Shown here one piece after another: positions 1 through 8,789 of a stretch of DNA of 38,249 bases. Every line of letters starts with the position of its first letter. The first letter of the stretch is position 1. The notes beneath the pieces are model-generated. The model made no database searches. It was given only the letters and a program-made list of their open reading frames with translations, and was not told where the DNA came from. Source of the DNA: Piromyces finnis finn (taxonomy: Eukaryota > Fungi > Neocallimastigomycota); assembly GCA_002104945.1 (NCBI GenBank), contig MCFH01000118.1:1-38249 (forward strand). The letters are read 5' to 3'. The position numbers and the translations under genes were made by a program.

Positions 1-125
1 GACACTTCTCACATTGCTAATAATTCTTTTAATATCCGCTATCATATCATTCCAATAATAATTTTTCTTTAACCTTTGATAAGTCTTATAATAACCTTCA
101 TGACCTACGTTATGTGCTTGAAATA
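1..125 (-). CDS. pol: Element A integrase N-terminal HHCC domain (partial, frameshifted from the RT-RH ORF)
   Basis: Manual translation gives FQAHNVGHEGYYKTYQRLKKNYYWNNMIADIKRIISNCEKC. One extra A near 131 would join it to the upstream ORF (EEKVKLIFQAH). Confidence 0.85.
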
Positions 126-3065
126 TTAACTTACTTTTTCTTCTACAGTAGATATTAGCTGACGTAAGTTATTACCATCTACGAAATAGTCCTTCCCATC
201 TATGGTAGTAAATTTTTCAGCTATAAACTCCTTAATAACTTTGGTTAATAACTCTTCATTATTAGTTTTATTAATTTTTGTTACCAGTATCTTTTTCTCC
301 TCTTTATTCTTCATTCTTGATAATGCATCAGCTATAACATTATTCTTTCCTTTATCATATTGAATATCAATATCCAACTGACTTACTGTAAGACACCATC
401 TGTTGTGACGTGCACTATTTGGTTCCTTATTTTTAAATAAACCCAAAAGTGGTTTATGGTCCGTATAAACCATAGTAGTGTACGGGTTTCCTAAAATATA
501 AGGTTTTAACTTACTCACGCAAAAGAATAACGCAGCACCTTCTAACTCTGTTATTCCATAGTTCTTCTCCGCTTTACTAAGACTTCGACTAATATAATGT
601 ACAGGGTGTTCTATTTTGTTAGTTTCATCTTCTTGTAATAAAACACCACCCACTCCTTCATACGACGCGTCCGTACGTATGATAAAAGGCTTATCAAATT
701 CAGGAAACTTTAAAATGGGAGCGTTTATCAGTTTTTCTTTTAATACTTTAAATGCTTTTTCATGTTTTTCTTCCCATTTATATCGTACATTTTTCTTTAA
801 TAACTCACATAAGGGCGCGGTTACTTGAGAATAATTAGGAATAAAATTTCGATAATATCCTACTGCACCCAAAAACGAACGTAACTCATGAATATTTCCT
901 GGAGCTTCCCACTTCCTTATGGCTTCTATTTTACTTTCCAAAGGACTCAAACCTTTAGTAGATAACCTGTGACCTAATACATTTACTTCTTCCTTCATAA
1001 AACTACATTTCTCAAGATTTATTTTTAATTCATTTTCTTTCAATATTTCAAATACTCTCTTAATATGTTCCATGTGTTCTTCCACACTCTTGGAATATAT
1101 GAGTACATCATCAATAAAATTATATACACAATTTCCTATTAAAGGAAATAATATCTTATTCATTTCCCTCTGAAAAGTTGCTGGTGCATTAGTTAACCCA
1201 AACGGCATGACCTTAAACTGATAGTTACCAAACTTGGTAGTAAAACTAGTAACCTCAGTGCTTTCCTCATGCATAGAAATTTGATGATAACCTGAATATA
1301 AGTCCATAGTAGTGAATATTTTGGCTCCGTTCAGACTATCAAATATTTCATCAATATAGGGGAGTGAATAAGAGTCCTTTTCCGTGAGGTCGTTCACTCT
1401 CCTATAGTCCACACACATTCTCCACTTACCATTATGTTTTGGAACCAGAACTACAGGGGAGGACCATTCTGAATAGGACGGCTCTATTAATTTTTTTTCT
1501 ATTAGCTTAGTTAACTCTTCTTTTAGTATATCTGATTTAAATTTAGTTAACCTATAAGCTCTTTGTTTAACTGGTTTTACACCAGCCTTTAGATTTATTT
1601 TATGTGGTGATAATTTAGAAGGCGTTAATTCCTCAGAAGACGTCGCAATAATCTCTAAGTTTTCTTCCAAAAGTCGGAGTATTTCTTTCCGTTTATCTTT
1701 TGGTAAGGTGTTCAAGAATATCTCATTGTGTATATACTCCTGAGGTGGTAAACCTTCAATAGACTTCAAGCTTTTAGTATCTCCATCTGGTATCTTCTTA
1801 ATAGTACATACCAATTTTCCTTCATTATAATATTGGTTATTGATAGGTACTATTTCTTCTACTACACCTCTTTCTTTCACTTGACATAAGCTCTTGGTTA
1901 CTGGATTTATATATAATAAATTATCTACTTGAGTTTTATAATTTATTAACATATCATAGAACGGTTCTTCTTTTTCAAGTATTCTGAAGTCAACCACTAG
2001 TTCTACCTCTCCTATTCTAACTGGTATACGCACCACAGTACCCTCAGAGTATTCTTCATCAGTAGTAGCTAGTCGAATACGACCTTTGCTTATTCCTACC
2101 ACTTCATATTCCTTTGGTAGTCTTTTGTAAAAAGAAGATGTAATAACATTTAAGTTACTACACGTATCCACCAGTAGTTTTCCTGGTATCCCATCCACAG
2201 TCGCATCCACCATTGCTATATCCTCTTCTGAAGCTTCATTATTCTTACTTATATAGTCATGGTTGATATTATTTAATAAGGTTGTAGTAGCTACTATGTT
2301 ATTTAATGCACCTGATACCTTGCTTTGTACTTTCTCTAACTTTAGTCCTTGGGAAAGTTGTGTTCTTATTTTTGGGCATACATTAAATAACTGTCCATAA
2401 GTAATATCACATTTAGCTGTGTTTAAATCTTCAAAAATATCATAATCACTGGTATCACCTCTCATTTGGATATTACGTGTGACTTTCTCCTCTTTAGTTT
2501 TATCTTTTTCTTTATCTTTAGTCATTTTCAATAACGTCGGTAGAATATCTGTATTTTTCTTTTTAGCTTTTTCTACTTCTACTTTATCTTCCGTATCAAT
2601 ACTGACCTCCATATCTTCGTTTTCTTCTCTTTCGTCTTTATTTATGGTGGTTGGTGGTTTACTTCTTTGTTTTTCTCTGAGTCTTTTACTTTTCTCTTTT
2701 TCCTTGTTAATATTAGGTTGACTCAGAACAGACGTGTCAAGTTGGTTCTTGGGTTGTGATGGTGAACCTGATTCTAAACTCTCATTACTGAGTTCACGTT
2801 CTTGTTGCTTCCTAGTAGCAGGGGTAACTATTGGTCTTGGGTCTTCTTTTAATGATTTTTGTACTCTTTTCTTGGAAGAGTCTTCTTCATCATTAGCTTT
2901 TCTTTTAGCTGCAGCAATAATTTTATCTTCAATAGAAGATATTTCTTCATTATCTGATAAGTCAGAATACTCAGAATATTCAGAGTACTCATTATTATCA
3001 ACTGAACTGTTATTAAGTGAAGCTATTTTTGGATTACTGGGAGTGCTTCTTCTCCCACTATCTAA
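126..3065 (-). CDS. pol: Element A Pol (acidic spacer, protease, RT, RNase H), in the -1 frame relative to gag
   Basis: ORF 126-2612 has LLVDTCS (PR), WRMCVDYR/MPFGL/FIDD (RT) and IRTDAS/TELEG/YTDHKPL (RH). I translated the same frame open without stops from 3065 to 2612. Confidence 0.93.
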   Translation of the reverse strand, partial: LDSGRRSTPSNPKIASLNNSSVDNNEYSEYSEYSDLSDNEEISSIEDKIIAAAKRKANDEEDSSKKRVQKSLKEDPRPIVTPATRKQQERELSNESLESGSPSQPKNQLDTSVLSQPNINKEKEKSKRLREKQRSKPPTTINKDEREENEDMEVSIDTEDKVEVEKAKKKNTDILPTLLKMTKDKEKDKTKEEKVTRNIQMRGDTSDYDIFEDLNTAKCDITYGQLFNVCPKIRTQLSQGLKLEKVQSKVSGALNNIVATTTLLNNINHDYISKNNEASEEDIAMVDATVDGIPGKLLVDTCSNLNVITSSFYKRLPKEYEVVGISKGRIRLATTDEEYSEGTVVRIPVRIGEVELVVDFRILEKEEPFYDMLINYKTQVDNLLYINPVTKSLCQVKERGVVEEIVPINNQYYNEGKLVCTIKKIPDGDTKSLKSIEGLPPQEYIHNEIFLNTLPKDKRKEILRLLEENLEIIATSSEELTPSKLSPHKINLKAGVKPVKQRAYRLTKFKSDILKEELTKLIEKKLIEPSYSEWSSPVVLVPKHNGKWRMCVDYRRVNDLTEKDSYSLPYIDEIFDSLNGAKIFTTMDLYSGYHQISMHEESTEVTSFTTKFGNYQFKVMPFGLTNAPATFQREMNKILFPLIGNCVYNFIDDVLIYSKSVEEHMEHIKRVFEILKENELKINLEKCSFMKEEVNVLGHRLSTKGLSPLESKIEAIRKWEAPGNIHELRSFLGAVGYYRNFIPNYSQVTAPLCELLKKNVRYKWEEKHEKAFKVLKEKLINAPILKFPEFDKPFIIRTDASYEGVGGVLLQEDETNKIEHPVHYISRSLSKAEKNYGITELEGAALFFCVSKLKPYILGNPYTTMVYTDHKPLLGLFKNKEPNSARHNRWCLTVSQLDIDIQYDKGKNNVIADALSRMKNKEEKKILVTKINKTNNEELLTKVIKEFIAEKFTTIDGKDYFVDGNNLRQLISTVEEKVS

Positions 3066-3071
3066 TTTAAA
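3019..3071 (-). promoter_or_regulatory. -1 ribosomal frameshift signal: U UUA AAU heptamer plus H-type pseudoknot
   Basis: Heptamer at 3071-3065, 7-nt spacer, stem 1 TGGGAG/CTCCCA, stem 2 GAAGC/GCTTC. The -1 frame is the pol frame. Confidence 0.8.
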
Positions 3072-3982
3072 TGACCTTTTCTGGCCTTTTGTTTGTTTTC
3101 TTCTACTATGGCACTCAGCTTAGGACAATGATATTGAAAGTGTCCCTTCTCGTTGCAAAAGTAGCAAGTTTTGATAGTTAAGTTTCTCATTTTCTCCGTC
3201 AACTCATTCATAGGATCTTTCTTATCATTACCATAATTCGCTATTGTTGGCTTCTTGTTCCTTTCATAGCTATCTTCTTTTCTTTCATATTTATTTTTAT
3301 ATCTTTTATCAGAGTTAGAAGAGGTGGATACATCATAATTGTTAGCTTTATGACGATTTCTTAAATTTAGTCTGTCCCCATCTTCGGCAAGCTTGTAGGC
3401 TTCTGCTAAGGTAACTTCTTTTTCCCTACGCACATTTTCCCAGGCTTTATAGTTAGGCTCAATGGAATCTAAGTAATCTTCAACATCTACTTTCCTTCTA
3501 CGCTTCTTGTCTAGTTTGACATACAAGGAACGGTACCTTATGTTGAAGTCTTTTACTTTTTCATTCTTTTTGATTCGCATATCCCTAAGCTCCTTGAGAA
3601 GTTCTATTTGATCTTCCTTTACTCCATAAAATTCTTCTAACATAGTGACTATCTTTTTAAGGGAAGGGTAGTGAGCTCTTCTCTTTCCTCTACCTTCATC
3701 TTCTTCATCACTATCTTCACTGTCTTCATCACTTTCGAAGTCCTTATTAGGATTCAACTCTTGAATAAGTTCATTTGGTGTTCCTGTAGTAGTAAACAAA
3801 CAAGCTAGAAACACCATTTTTGGACTTTTAACATCTTGAAGCATAGTCCAATACTTTAATTGACTATACCAAGTCTTAATGTCCAAATTATCTTCGGTTA
3901 ATCTAGTGACATGCTTTAATTCCTTCATTAATTTAGCAAAGTCAATAGATTTATCAGCTCCCGTACTCATTTTTATATACAA
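3062..3982 (-). CDS. gag: Element A Gag with C-terminal CCHC zinc knuckle
   Basis: 306-aa ORF with CYFCNEKGHFQYHC and a capsid-like DFNIRYRSL segment, directly upstream of pol. Confidence 0.92.
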   Translation of the reverse strand: MYIKMSTGADKSIDFAKLMKELKHVTRLTEDNLDIKTWYSQLKYWTMLQDVKSPKMVFLACLFTTTGTPNELIQELNPNKDFESDEDSEDSDEEDEGRGKRRAHYPSLKKIVTMLEEFYGVKEDQIELLKELRDMRIKKNEKVKDFNIRYRSLYVKLDKKRRRKVDVEDYLDSIEPNYKAWENVRREKEVTLAEAYKLAEDGDRLNLRNRHKANNYDVSTSSNSDKRYKNKYERKEDSYERNKKPTIANYGNDKKDPMNELTEKMRNLTIKTCYFCNEKGHFQYHCPKLSAIVEENKQKARKGHLN

Positions 3983-4361
3983 GTTTTAAATAAAGATAAA
4001 AATACAATTTTACAATAATATTAAAGAATGAAACAAGTTTAAAAAAAAATAATTTTCTTTTATAAGAATTTAAAAGAATGAATTACAACAATATTTGAAA
4101 TATATTTAATTAACAACACTAATAATTATTCTCTTTAGTTAAACTAGTAATACCAATATAAAATACTTCCTTAACTGCACCAATTAACAATATTAATTTC
4201 TCTCTATTAACTATTTTAATTTGTGCCTTGAAGTATATAACTTTTTATTATACTAGTATAACCCTCTTTTGAATTATTAACTATTTTAATTAAATAATAA
4301 TACAAAAACAAATATAAAAGTAACTATAAAAATGTAGTGTGATATCAATATGTTATTATTA

Positions 4362-4379
4362 TCCCCGATATCTCCACCA
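4362..4379 (-). promoter_or_regulatory. Primer-binding site of A, complementary to the tRNA-Ala 3' end
   Basis: Minus strand TGGTGGAGATATCGGGGA. The implied tRNA end CCCGA-TATCTCC-A-CCA has U70 and A73, the alanine identity elements. Confidence 0.85.
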
Positions 4380-5243
4380 TTAATTATGCTACGGTTCAAA
4401 TAAGATATCACAAAACACTTGAATAGTTATAAAAATAAAAATTTATTTAATTTTAATTTTTATTCATTTAATTTATTTTTGATTTTTCAATTTTTAGAAT
4501 TTTCTCAAAAATCCTCGTACTTTTTCCAACTATCCATTATTTGAAATTTAATGGTTTTGGATAGCTAAGGATTTAAATTGATTTCATTCATAATATATGG
4601 ATCATTCACTGTAACATATATTAATTAAATCCTTAATATATATTATGAATAATCTCTTAATATTTGAATAGAAAAATTTTTAATTTATAATTAATAAAAT
4701 TTTAATTTATGATATGTGTAACATTTTTGCATATCATATATTATATATTTAATTATGACATATAATAAAATTATATTATTCAATTAATTATGCCCTTTTT
4801 TAGACATAAATAATAATTTTTCTGTCGAGGTATCTTCTGTTTTGTGTGTAACAGTTGCCTCTTTTAGTAAAAATTATAATTAAATTCTATGTCATAATTT
4901 CAAATTATAAAATATTATACAATAAAGTTCATTAATAAAATAAACCTTAAATAATAATAAAATTCCTATAACTATTTTAATAATAAAATTTTGTAAAATT
5001 TATAAGTATAAAATATTATAAGTAATTATACTAATACTAATAATAAAGGTCTTAAATAACTATATACAAATAATATAACTATATAATAAAAATATTAATA
5101 ATTACTAGAAAAATGTATAAAAATTATATATTATAATTTTTATATTTTAAAAATAGAGTTAAACACTAGTAAGGAATATAAATAGTTGAAGGTTAATTCC
5201 TAAAATTCTAGCTAATTCAACTATTTATGTTCATTCCTTAACA
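4380..5243 (-). repeat. Probable 5' LTR of element A (~860 bp)
   Basis: Lies between the PBS and a minus-strand TG terminus that interrupts the C LTR. The partner LTR is outside the window, so boundaries are inferred. Confidence 0.6.
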
Positions 5244-5439
5244 TGAATACTAGAAATAACTAAATTGTCTTAGTGGTTAGTAGCTAAGACTTTGAGTCTG
5301 AATGACACTAGTTCGAGACCTCATAGATACTATTTTAAAAAAATTATAATTTTATTTTATTTTATTTTATTTTTAAATTTTATTTTATATGAAGATTATT
5401 GATTGGTTAAGAATTTTAAGTTGAAAAAATTTTATAAAT
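5244..5439 (+). repeat. C 5' LTR, left segment (U3)
   Basis: Matches 17870-18065 except for a C/T difference at 5244. Confidence 0.95.
5259..5336 (+). ncRNA. tRNA-Gln(UUG)-like Pol III cassette (A box, B box, T4 terminator); stems decayed; 5' LTR copy
   Basis: tRNA invariant bases fall in exact register. Identical to 17885-17962. Confidence 0.7.
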
Positions 5440-5795
5440 TGTTAAAATTATAATGAAATAATTTTATATTTTATTTACTATTAATTAATTATATAATTAT
5501 ATATTATTTAAATTTTTATGTATTAATTAAATTAATTATATGAAAAGTATAATTTTATTTAATATTATATAAATATATATTTTTTACTATTATTAAAATG
5601 TAGTTCTTTTCATAATATAAGAAAAGACATTATTAAATAACTTGTATTAAATAATAATAAATATTAATAACAAATATTAATAAATAAATAATAATAAATA
5701 AATATAAAATAATATATATACATATTATACAAATATTTATTTATAAAGTGTTGGTGTTATATAAAATATTATAATAATAATATTTAATCATAAAA
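5440..5795 (+). repeat. B 5' LTR (TG...AA termini)
   Basis: Direct repeat of 11012-11367. Confidence 0.95.
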
Positions 5796-5809
5796 GATTA
5801 AGAGTCTCA
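5796..5809 (+). promoter_or_regulatory. B primer-binding site complementary to the tRNA-Lys(CUU) anticodon arm (half-tRNA type)
   Basis: GATTAAGAGTCTCA abuts the LTR. Its reverse complement TGAGA-CT-CTT-AA-TC reads as tRNA positions 27-40. Confidence 0.75.
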
Positions 5810-5823
5810 ATTGTCTCAAGAAA

Positions 5824-8769
5824 ATGTCTAATAATAAAAATAAAAATCTACTAAGTTCAAATATGGACCCTTCTAGTTTTATAGGAAAATTCCAAATAGA
5901 ACTTAATAAAGAAAATTTTCAAGCTTGGCAGATCAAAGTCAGAGATATTTTAAGATGCTGCGGTTTGGAAGAATATATTGATGAAAATAAAACTCCAAAG
6001 ATATATATAAAGAATATATCAGAGAGTGAAAAAGAAAATTATAAAGAAGTCCCACATGAGCCTAACATGTACTATAATAAAAATGTAACAGATGAAACTC
6101 TTGCTATTGATAATAAAGTAAGAATGTTTATTAGAAGTACATTGGCACCAAAATCAGTTGAAGATGTTCAAAGTAGAACACTTACTGGTTACCAAATATG
6201 GAAAACTTTAGAAAGTATATATATAGGAAACCAATCCAGTAAGAAAACTGACCTTATTAAAGAAGTGAATAGAATGAAATACAACCCACAAGATAGTATA
6301 GCCAGTTTTGTAAATAAACTAAATTTAAAATTTGAAACATTAGAATCCATGGGAGTCCATATAGATGAAGAAGAAAAGGCCGCCGTTTTATACAGAGCTA
6401 TGCCAAAACAATACCAATGGATAAATATATTCGATTATGAAGGTAACTGGACTTTATGTAGAGAATATGTATCAAATAGAGTTCAGTCTGTTCAAAGGTC
6501 AGAAGAAAGGGAACGAAGTAATAGGCTTGGATTTAATCAAGTTTTTAGTAGTGAAAGTGGCTATGGAAATTATGATAATTATAATCATAAAAATAATAAA
6601 TTTTCAAATTATAAAAATAAAAATAATAAAAATAAAAATGATATAATATGTCATTTTTGTAATAAAAGAGGCCACATTGAAAGAAACTGCATATTTAAAG
6701 AAAAATTAGCAAAAGAATATAATTCAAACAATAAAAATTATAAAAATAAACAAAATAAAAAATATAAAAAGAAATATGCAGATGTAGTTACAAAACAAAG
6801 AAGTAACTACAAGGATATAACACCAAATTTATTCAACGTGGATTATGATTCTACATATGAAAAAGAATCAAACAGTGTTGTAAAAGTAAATTTTTCAAAT
6901 AAAAAATATAAAAAGGTTATAAAATCAAAAGGGAACTTTAGTATGTGGATGCTAGATTCAGGAGCATCAGTTCACCTTACAAACGATATTAAATTATTAT
7001 ATAAAATTAAAAGACATAAAGAACCAATTTACTATGCGGATGGTGAAGTTGGTTATTCTACACATATAGGCAACATAAAAGGCTACTTTAATAAAGAACA
7101 AATAATTTTAAAAAATGTTTTATATGTTCCAGATATTAAAAGGAATTTAATATCTATTTCAAATTTTGTTAAAGAAGGTCTTAATGTAAATTTTAAATAT
7201 ATAAATAATGCTGCCACAGCATTTATCCAAGATAAAAATAAAAATAATATATATGTATCAAGAGAAGATGAACATAACATATTTAATGTTTATATATCAA
7301 AGACAAAATTATTTAACTACCAAATACAAAATCCAATGTATTGTTATTCAATTAGGAAGTTAAATAATGATGAAAAATTACATCTTTGGCATAGAAGATT
7401 AGGTCATTTTCATGCCAAAAGTATTGAAAATAAATTATTAAATATAAACATTAAAGATATTTGTGAAACATGTTCATTATCAAAATTAAAAAATCAACCA
7501 TATCATAGTTCTACTAATAAAAGTACAGAAGTACTTCAATTAGTACATACTGATATAGTTGGACCCATTAACGCGTCATCTATATACGGTAATCATTATT
7601 TTATTACCTTTTTAGATGATTATTCAAGATATGGATGGGTAATTTTTATAAAAAATAAAAGTGACGCGTTTAACGCGTTTAAAATATGGTATAATAAAGT
7701 TACCAATGAATTTAAAAAGAATATTACATATTTAAGAAGTGATAATGGTACAGAATATAAGTCTTTAAATTTTAAAAATTTTTGTGATACTCATGGTATT
7801 ACACAACAATTCACTGTACCATATAATCCACAACAAAATGGACGCGCTGAAAGGTTTAATGGAGTACTAATCCATGCAGCTACCACTATGATGCAAGATG
7901 CTAAATTATGTAGAAGATTCTGGGAAGACGCAGTCAGAACTGCCAATTATATACATAACAGGTTACCTCACAATGGAAATGACTTGAAGGTACCCTATGA
8001 AATGTTATATAATATCCCAGTAGACTACAGTAAATTTCGTGTTTTTGGATGTAAAGTGTTACATCTTAAACGTAACACTGAAAAACACAAATTTGAAAGC
8101 ACTTCGCTACCTGGCATATTTATTGGTTATGATGACACTTCTACCGGATTCAGAATTTTTGACTTAAATTCTTTTAAAATTGTCATCAAAAGAGTAGTTG
8201 AATTTTTAGAAGACCAACCAGGTAATTTTAATTTTGATGATAACGTCAAAAATGTCAATTTCATCGATTATGATTCATTAATCAATGAAATGGAGGGGGA
8301 CGATAACGAAAGTCTTCAACAGGACATAGAAATTGGCATATCATCAAACATTAATAACAATGATTTTCCAAATAATTTTAATAAAATAAAATATAATGCC
8401 AACAATAACTATATCGGCATTAATAGTAATAATAATAAGGATAATATTATTTATAACAATAATAATAAAGAAAACATTAAAAATTATAACATAAATGAAA
8501 ATAACAATTTAAATATAAATAACAATTTAAATATAAATAACAATTTAAATGAAAATAACAATTTAAATGAAAATAATATTTTAAAAGAAAATAACGATTT
8601 AAACACAAATAATAATTTAAATGAAAATAATAATTTAAATGAAAATAACAATTCAAATAAAAACAATAATTCAAATGAAAACGATAATCCAAATAAAAAC
8701 AATATTTCAGATGAAAATAATAATTCAAATGAAAGTAATGATTTAAATAAAAATAAAATAAAAAAATAA
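5824..8769 (+). CDS. B polyprotein part 1: Gag (CCHC), protease, GAG-pre-integrase, integrase, Asn-rich linker
   Basis: CHFCNKRGHIERNC, WMLDSGASVHL, HLWHRRLGH...CETC, LVHTDIVGP, LRSDNGTEY, NGRAERFN. Confidence 0.95.
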   Translation: MSNNKNKNLLSSNMDPSSFIGKFQIELNKENFQAWQIKVRDILRCCGLEEYIDENKTPKIYIKNISESEKENYKEVPHEPNMYYNKNVTDETLAIDNKVRMFIRSTLAPKSVEDVQSRTLTGYQIWKTLESIYIGNQSSKKTDLIKEVNRMKYNPQDSIASFVNKLNLKFETLESMGVHIDEEEKAAVLYRAMPKQYQWINIFDYEGNWTLCREYVSNRVQSVQRSEERERSNRLGFNQVFSSESGYGNYDNYNHKNNKFSNYKNKNNKNKNDIICHFCNKRGHIERNCIFKEKLAKEYNSNNKNYKNKQNKKYKKKYADVVTKQRSNYKDITPNLFNVDYDSTYEKESNSVVKVNFSNKKYKKVIKSKGNFSMWMLDSGASVHLTNDIKLLYKIKRHKEPIYYADGEVGYSTHIGNIKGYFNKEQIILKNVLYVPDIKRNLISISNFVKEGLNVNFKYINNAATAFIQDKNKNNIYVSREDEHNIFNVYISKTKLFNYQIQNPMYCYSIRKLNNDEKLHLWHRRLGHFHAKSIENKLLNINIKDICETCSLSKLKNQPYHSSTNKSTEVLQLVHTDIVGPINASSIYGNHYFITFLDDYSRYGWVIFIKNKSDAFNAFKIWYNKVTNEFKKNITYLRSDNGTEYKSLNFKNFCDTHGITQQFTVPYNPQQNGRAERFNGVLIHAATTMMQDAKLCRRFWEDAVRTANYIHNRLPHNGNDLKVPYEMLYNIPVDYSKFRVFGCKVLHLKRNTEKHKFESTSLPGIFIGYDDTSTGFRIFDLNSFKIVIKRVVEFLEDQPGNFNFDDNVKNVNFIDYDSLINEMEGDDNESLQQDIEIGISSNINNNDFPNNFNKIKYNANNNYIGINSNNNKDNIIYNNNNKENIKNYNINENNNLNINNNLNINNNLNENNNLNENNILKENNDLNTNNNLNENNNLNENNNSNKNNNSNENDNPNKNNISDENNNSNESNDLNKNKIKK
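8491..8760 (+). repeat. 18-bp imperfect tandem repeat encoding (NNNLNE/I)n
   Basis: Repeated AATAACAATTTAAATGAA-type units in frame. Confidence 0.85.
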
Positions 8770-8789
8770 AAATAAAATAAAAAATAAAA

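Larger units (their letters stand above)
1..5243 (-). mobile_element. Element A: Ty3/gypsy LTR retrotransposon, tRNA-Ala primed; 3' part (rest of integrase, 3' LTR) lies outside the window
   Basis: On the minus strand: putative LTR, PBS, gag with CCHC, then pol in PR-RT-RH-IN order. The right boundary is inferred from minus-strand TGTTAAGG at 5243, where the C LTR sequence begins. Confidence 0.85.

Noticed and set aside
2479-3123. Plus-strand ORFs 2479-2721 and 2734-3123 as antisense or envelope-like genes
   Set aside because: Ser/Leu/Phe-rich antisense shadows of the charged Pol spacer of A.
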